Below the pieces are notes generated by a model, which ran no database searches, was not told the DNA's origin, and worked only from the letters and a program-made list of their open reading frames with translations. Shown here piece by piece: positions 8,684-12,849 of a DNA stretch of 12,849 nt. The stretch lies in IMG/VR virus record IMGVR_UViG_3300049846_001486, positions 64,001 through 76,849 of that record; one strand, written 5' to 3'. The DNA is from a virus (lineage: Duplodnaviria; Heunggongvirae; Uroviricota; Caudoviricetes). A program made the translations under genes and the position numbers. Positions within the stretch are counted from its first letter, which is position 1; each line of letters begins with the position of its first letter.

Positions 8684-11116
8684 ACAATCGTCAGTATGTT
8701 CAAATGTTACTGCATCTTGAGAATTTGCCGAAGCGGATAAATTGTCTGTAACTGTACATTTATAAGTTCCGGCGGCAGTAGAGGCTCCAGCCGTTCTTTC
8801 AACAGTAATAGTTGCGCTTCCATTACCGGAAACTATACTTCCCGCCCCACTAACTTTGGTCCACGAATATGAATATGGAGGCGTTCCGCCGCTTGGAGTG
8901 GCCGTGAAAGTAGTGCTTGAGGTGCATGAAAAACCACAGGCGGCGTTACAACTTGCAAATCCTGCATCATTATTAACTACAGAAACTGATAATGGAACAG
9001 CCGATGGTGTTACAGTACGAGTCGGGGTATTCGTCGGAGTTACCGTATTAGTCGGAGTAACCGTATTCGTAGGTGTTACCGTATTCGTCGGAGTATTCGT
9101 TGGTGTGACGGTATATGTCGGAGTGACCGTATTAGTTGGGGTAACCGTATTCGTCGGTGTATTAGTCGGGGTTACCGTTGGGGTTACGGTAGAGGTAACG
9201 GTATTCGTCGGAGTATTCGTTGGAGTATTAGTCGGAGTTACAGTAGAAGTTGCCGTATTAGTCGGAGTTACAGTATTAGTCGGAGTTTTTGTAGGCGTAT
9301 TCGTTGGAGTTACAGTATTCGTCGGGGTCGTAGTAGGGGTGTAAGTCGGTGTGACTGTGCTTGTTGGTGTTACGGTCGGTGTAACTGTCGGTGTGACCGT
9401 ATTCGTCGGGGTATTCGTCGGGGTTACAGTCGGTGTTACTGTAGTTGTCGGTGTAACTGATGCTGTTGGAGTAAATGTTGGAGTAACTGTGAATGTTGGT
9501 GTAACTGTATTAGTAGGTGTTATTGTGTTTGTTGGAGTAGTCGTAGGAGTATTAGTTGGCGTTACAGTATTAGTTGGTGTTACCGTATTAGTTGGTGTTA
9601 CCGTATTAGTTGGTGTATTAGTTGGGGTTACAGAAGCAGTAGGGGTAAAGGTCGGCGTTACCGTATTAGTTGGTGTTACCGTATTAGTTGGTGTATTAGT
9701 TGGGGTTACAGAAGCCGTAGGGGTAAAGGTCGGCGTTACCGTATTAGTTGGAGTAACCGTATTCGTTGGGGTTACAGTCGGAGTATTAGTTGGAGTAACC
9801 GTATTCGTTGGGGTTACAGTCGGAGTATTAGTTGGTGTAACTGTATTAGTCGGAGTCGTTGTAGGTGTATTTGTTGGAGTGTTCGTCGGAGTTATTGTCA
9901 CAGTTGGAGTATTAGTTGGTGTTATCGTATTAGTAGGTGTAACGGTATTCGTCGGAGTATTAGTAGGTGTAACGGTATTCGTCGGAGTATTCGTCGGGGT
10001 TACCGTATTCGTAGGGGTTACCGTATTCGTAGGTGTGACGGTATTTGTTGGTGTAACGGTATTCGTCGGGGTTGTAGTAGGGGTATTCGTTGGGGTAACC
10101 GTATTCGTCGGGGTTCTCGTAGTTGTCGGAGTAACAGTATTCGTAGGAGTTGCAGTATTCGTTGCCGTTGGAGTATTAGTCGGAGTTTCTGTTGGTGTTA
10201 CAGTAGGTGTTGGTGTTACAGTAGGTGTTACTGTATTCGTCGGTGTTACTGTATTCGTTGGCGTTGGTGTACTTGTGTTTGTAGGAGTTACAGTTGGAGT
10301 TATAGTTGGGGTAACCGTGTTAGTTGGAGTTACTGTTTTTGTTGGTGTTACTGTAGCGGTCGGCGTTACTGTATTAGTAGGAGTTACTGTAGCAGTTGCT
10401 GTTCTAGTTGGAGTATTTGTAGCTGTAGGAGTATTAGTAGGTGTAGCCGTATTCGTTGGTGTCGGAGTTGGTGTAGCGCCACTAGTAGGAGTTGTAGATG
10501 GCGTTACGGTATTCGTAGGAGTTACTGTAGCAGTTGCCGTTCTAGTTGGAGTATTCGTAGGAGTTACTGTATTCGTTGGGGTTACAGTAGGTGTATTCGT
10601 AGGAGTTACTGTGCTGGTAGGCGTAACCGTAGGAGAAGCCGTCTTTGTTGGAGTACGAGTAAAGGTCGGCGTTACCGTATTAGTTGGTGTTACCGTATTA
10701 GTTGGTGTATTGCTTATTGTAGGAGTATTGCTCGGAGTAACAGTTATAGTTGGTGTTGGCGTAACCGTAGGAGAAGCGGTAACTAATGGAACCTCCACGG
10801 GAGCATCTATGAAAAAGAATATAGATGCTACGCCTTTAATTTCTGAAGAAAATTCAACAGAAATTGAACTGCCACTTAAGAAAGTTACAGATTGTGGTAC
10901 TATTTTAGAATAAGTATCGTCTGCTTCTTTCTGGAAAAATGTTATTACTAAATTGGTAGTATTGAATGGGTGTTTTACATTCCAAGTTTTGGCAGCAACA
11001 TTCTGTTCAAACAAATATCCAGAGAACGGGCGTTCTATACCGTCATTGTCCAGTACCAATTCGCCGGTTTCTTTGTTTATTATCAATCGTTGGAGGTCTG
11101 AGAAATTGTTTGACAT
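8681..11116 (-). CDS. Mucin-like Thr/Pro-rich fibre protein with one terminal Ig/PKD-like domain (811 aa)
   Basis: N-terminal beta-domain (aa 1-104), about 593 aa (T/S-X)n stalk, and a C-terminal domain with [15 protein letters not shown]...GTYKCTVTD...HTDDC. SD GGAAGG at 11121-11126. Confidence 0.8.
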   Translation of the reverse strand: MSNNFSDLQRLIINKETGELVLDNDGIERPFSGYLFEQNVAAKTWNVKHPFNTTNLVITFFQKEADDTYSKIVPQSVTFLSGSSISVEFSSEIKGVASIFFFIDAPVEVPLVTASPTVTPTPTITVTPSNTPTISNTPTNTVTPTNTVTPTFTRTPTKTASPTVTPTSTVTPTNTPTVTPTNTVTPTNTPTRTATATVTPTNTVTPSTTPTSGATPTPTPTNTATPTNTPTATNTPTRTATATVTPTNTVTPTATVTPTKTVTPTNTVTPTITPTVTPTNTSTPTPTNTVTPTNTVTPTVTPTPTVTPTETPTNTPTATNTATPTNTVTPTTTRTPTNTVTPTNTPTTTPTNTVTPTNTVTPTNTVTPTNTVTPTNTPTNTVTPTNTPTNTVTPTNTITPTNTPTVTITPTNTPTNTPTTTPTNTVTPTNTPTVTPTNTVTPTNTPTVTPTNTVTPTNTVTPTFTPTASVTPTNTPTNTVTPTNTVTPTFTPTASVTPTNTPTNTVTPTNTVTPTNTVTPTNTPTTTPTNTITPTNTVTPTFTVTPTFTPTASVTPTTTVTPTVTPTNTPTNTVTPTVTPTVTPTSTVTPTYTPTTTPTNTVTPTNTPTKTPTNTVTPTNTATSTVTPTNTPTNTPTNTVTSTVTPTVTPTNTPTNTVTPTNTVTPTYTVTPTNTPTNTVTPTNTVTPTNTVTPTNTPTRTVTPSAVPLSVSVVNNDAGFASCNAACGFSCTSSTTFTATPSGGTPPYSYSWTKVSGAGSIVSGNGSATITVERTAGASTAAGTYKCTVTDNLSASANSQDAVTFEHTDDC
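9002..10780 (-). repeat. About 1.78 kb Thr/Pro repeat stalk with recent exact duplications
   Basis: Dominant TVTPTN (18 bp) unit. 78-bp tandem (9583-9738, 1 mismatch), perfect 42-bp tandem (9741-9824), and an identical 53-bp block at 9645-9697 and 10659-10711. Confidence 0.92.
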
Positions 11117-11128
11117 TTGACCTTCCGA

Positions 11129-12076
11129 TTAAGCGATTATCATAAGTTCTTTGATATCTAAGAATATGGTATTAGTATCAACGACAAATCCTATTCTCTG
11201 CATGGATTTTCTAGTAGGAACTGTAGTGGTAACTTCTCCGCTTTTACCCACCCATACTGGTGTGTTTGGGTCTACTGAGAAATTCCAATTTGGATTGGTT
11301 ATGAATCCAGATGATGCAAACTTTTTAATTTGTCCTTTTGTGATAGCTTCAGTAGCCAATCCTACACACGGATAATCCGAATCTTCACTTGAGGCTAATC
11401 CTATTTGCTTTATACCTTTCCACGATACACAATAAAATTTAGGAATTGGCTCAACAGCTTTACCATCAACTTGTACAGATTCCATTTTGAAAGGGTTTGT
11501 AGCATTGTTTTGAGTGTTTAAAATAGTCTCCGTCGTAACCAAAGCTTTTGGCCCTATCGAAGATTTTCTATAGATTGGGAATCCTAAATCATCGAACAGA
11601 ATAAATCCTGAATTATTGTTACTGTTCAATCCTGTTTGCGACCCTACATTATATTCATTCAAGATTCCACCAAATAACAATTCACCGAGGAATACTCTTA
11701 GTTTTATATCCCACGACACACCGCTGTAAACTTTCATGGCATTTACTGATGTATCAAAAAAATGAGTATCTGGCAATGGAGCGCCCGGAAGTGTATGTCC
11801 ATAACTTGGTTGAATTTGAGTATAACCGAAAGTTCGAGCGCCAGTCTCTATATTAATGTCCACATAAAAGTAATAATTATTCGTATTGACGAAAGAACCG
11901 GCCCAAGCCGCATATATGGTTTCATTCTCTGACAAGAGATAATTATTGTCGCCGTGAGCAAAGGTTATAATTAAATTTTCTGGGAAAACTAGTAAGTCAA
12001 CTTGGTCGCCAACAACATCCAACATGGCTGAACCTGTAGGCTTTTTTACTATACCTTGTCTGAAAGTTAAAAACAT
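11129..12076 (-). CDS. Putative virion structural protein with a C-terminal DUF2190/capsid-decoration-like domain (315 aa)
   Basis: N-terminus MFLTFRQGIV, which I recall from large-phage structural proteins. C-terminal pattern A.E.I..F..V...GLAS...VGLATE.I..G.....G.ITN..W.F...VWVGKSGEVTT..P...QRIG. SD TAAGGA and TAAATA upstream. Domain call is by eye only. Confidence 0.55.
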   Translation of the reverse strand: MFLTFRQGIVKKPTGSAMLDVVGDQVDLLVFPENLIITFAHGDNNYLLSENETIYAAWAGSFVNTNNYYFYVDINIETGARTFGYTQIQPSYGHTLPGAPLPDTHFFDTSVNAMKVYSGVSWDIKLRVFLGELLFGGILNEYNVGSQTGLNSNNNSGFILFDDLGFPIYRKSSIGPKALVTTETILNTQNNATNPFKMESVQVDGKAVEPIPKFYCVSWKGIKQIGLASSEDSDYPCVGLATEAITKGQIKKFASSGFITNPNWNFSVDPNTPVWVGKSGEVTTTVPTRKSMQRIGFVVDTNTIFLDIKELMIIA

Positions 12077-12100
12077 ATTGCTAATCCTTAATTATTCTTA

Positions 12101-12106
12101 TATTTA
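12101..12106 (-). promoter_or_regulatory. Late promoter core TAAATA
   Basis: CCTAAATA, 24 nt before ATG 12076. Confidence 0.55.
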
Positions 12107-12135
12107 GGGTTTTGGACAGAAATATAAGTTATAAA

Positions 12136-12426
12136 TTATTCGAAAAATATCAAAGAAGCTTTACCCGCTGTAGGCTCGGTAAAGGTGACCACTATGGTAT
12201 TATTATCATTGATGACCAGACTTTCAGGGATTATTAGTTCAGAATCTTCATTTGTTATTTCACAAAGAAACTTGTTAGAATTCTTCATATGTTGTATCGT
12301 CCATATTTCTGTAGGAGTCTCAACATTAACTACTATGTTTGATATTCCACCTTGGAATGCCGATTCATCAAAAACCGCCATTTCACCAGTCGTTTCGTCT
12401 ACATAAATTTTAGAATATTTTCCCAT
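12136..12426 (-). CDS. Small protein (96 aa): stand-alone copy of the N-terminal domain of the mucin-like fibres
   Basis: KIYVDETTGEM...WTIQHMKNS...ELIIPE....DNNTI..TF.EPT.GKA aligns with RDFKTGKL...WSIGHNKNS...ELIIPE...DENNI..IF..PTQGFA of the 885-aa protein. Confidence 0.75.
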   Translation of the reverse strand: MGKYSKIYVDETTGEMAVFDESAFQGGISNIVVNVETPTEIWTIQHMKNSNKFLCEITNEDSELIIPESLVINDNNTIVVTFTEPTAGKASLIFFE

Positions 12427-12450
12427 GATTTTCCATTCCCGAGTCTATGA

Positions 12451-12456
12451 TATTTA
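12451..12456 (-). promoter_or_regulatory. Late promoter core TAAATA
   Basis: CATAAATA, 24 nt before ATG 12426. Confidence 0.55.
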
Positions 12457-12476
12457 TGCTCTACAATATAATCTGA

Positions 12477-12482
12477 TAAATA
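12477..12482 (+). promoter_or_regulatory. Late promoter core TAAATA (divergent)
   Basis: GATAAATA, 19 nt before ATG 12502, with SD AGGA at 12490-12493. Confidence 0.55.
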
Positions 12483-12501
12483 CCACAATAGGACATTTAA
12501 T

Positions 12502-12849
12502 ATGGAAACGCTGAAAAAATTAACCGAAGAATTTAGAGTATTCGACTTAGAAACTGAAGAAGAAGTTGATTTACTTGATGTTCTCGATTCTTTAATGGAC
12601 GATAATTCCGAGGAAAATTCCCCGGAAGGCGACTATTTTAAATACTATGATATGGACACAGCCGATTCCGGATTGCCTACAGATGATTTTCCACCACCGG
12701 AATCTTATGAAATGGACCAACCGGTTGGAGATGATTATAATTTTAATGATGAATTACCTTCTGATGATGCGCCTGAATATGGTGAACCGGAAGATGACGA
12801 AGCTTTGGATATAGAAGACAAATCCGAAGAAGCGAAATTAGCCAATCAA
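12502..12849 (+). CDS. 5' part of a very acidic hypothetical protein (not in the ORF track; runs off the window)
   Basis: Open from ATG 12502 to the end: METLKKLTEEFRVFDLETEEEVDLLDVLDSLMDDNSEENSPEGDYFKYYDMDTADSGLPTDDFPPPESYEMDQPVGDDYNFNDELPSDDAPEYGEPEDDEALDIEDKSEEAKLANQ. Has an SD and a late motif. Confidence 0.8.
   Translation, partial: METLKKLTEEFRVFDLETEEEVDLLDVLDSLMDDNSEENSPEGDYFKYYDMDTADSGLPTDDFPPPESYEMDQPVGDDYNFNDELPSDDAPEYGEPEDDEALDIEDKSEEAKLANQ

Noticed and set aside
6003-8992. Repeated Ig domains as a diversity-generating retroelement template/variable pair
   Set aside because: The copies are diverged throughout, with no near-identical pair differing only at adenines, and there is no reverse transcriptase in the window.
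6363-10780. Repeats as a CRISPR array, or TxT motifs as an ice-binding beta-solenoid
   Set aside because: There is no constant repeat with unique spacers; the units are in-frame coding. Pro every 2-6 residues is incompatible with a beta-solenoid.
6363-10780. Abundant Asn as N-glycosylation sequons
   Set aside because: The T-X register puts V, P, A, R or I at N+2, so N-x-S/T is almost absent (one NTT seen). Any glycosylation would be O-linked.
6343-10913. Long Val/Gly-rich + strand ORFs (6343-6753, 7024-7389, 7708-8280, 8320-8532, 8856-9344, 9351-10913) that look like membrane proteins
   Set aside because: Antisense shadows. In this register a stop needs a minus-strand Tyr, His or Gln codon, and the stalks almost lack them. 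The break at 9342-9344 falls exactly on a Tyr codon (TPTYTPT). No convincing SD or promoter was seen.
935-12406. Short overlapping ORFs (935-1189, 1069-1299, 2078-2266, 2303-2509, 3683-3895, 4380-4574, 11151-11375, 12185-12406)
   Set aside because: They lie antisense within well-supported genes and have no recognisable motifs.
1-12426. All 11 visible stops are TAA, suggesting TAG/TGA recoding
   Set aside because: All genes are intact under code 11 with no in-frame TAG or TGA, and TAA bias is expected in AT-rich DNA.
1-12849. Eukaryotic giant-virus origin, suggested by mucin-like proteins, GTs and a sulfotransferase
   Set aside because: SD sequences at most starts, coupled overlaps, a sigma70-type promoter and T4-like late motifs indicate a bacteriophage.

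Overview
AT-rich, gene-dense fragment that is almost certainly from a large tailed bacteriophage. The basis is Shine-Dalgarno sites, a T4-like late-promoter core TAAATA before six genes, ThyA and virion-type fibre/decoration proteins; a jumbo myovirus is likely but not proven. Left (+): a coupled glycan-modification operon (end of an upstream gene, a GT-A glycosyltransferase, an HtrL/YibB-GT2 fusion, a sulfotransferase). Centre and right (-): a late structural cluster interrupted by an inverted thyA with a sigma70-type promoter. The cluster contains two large proteins with mucin-like (Thr/Ser-X)n stalks (about 1,030 residues in total) carrying four related Cys-containing Ig-like domains, plus a small beta-domain shared by four genes. 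The main hypothesis, which is inference, is a phage-encoded system that displays O-glycosylated and possibly sulfated mucin-like fibres on the virion. The long Val/Gly-rich + strand ORFs in the track are antisense shadows. No tRNA, rRNA, CRISPR array or mobile element was seen.
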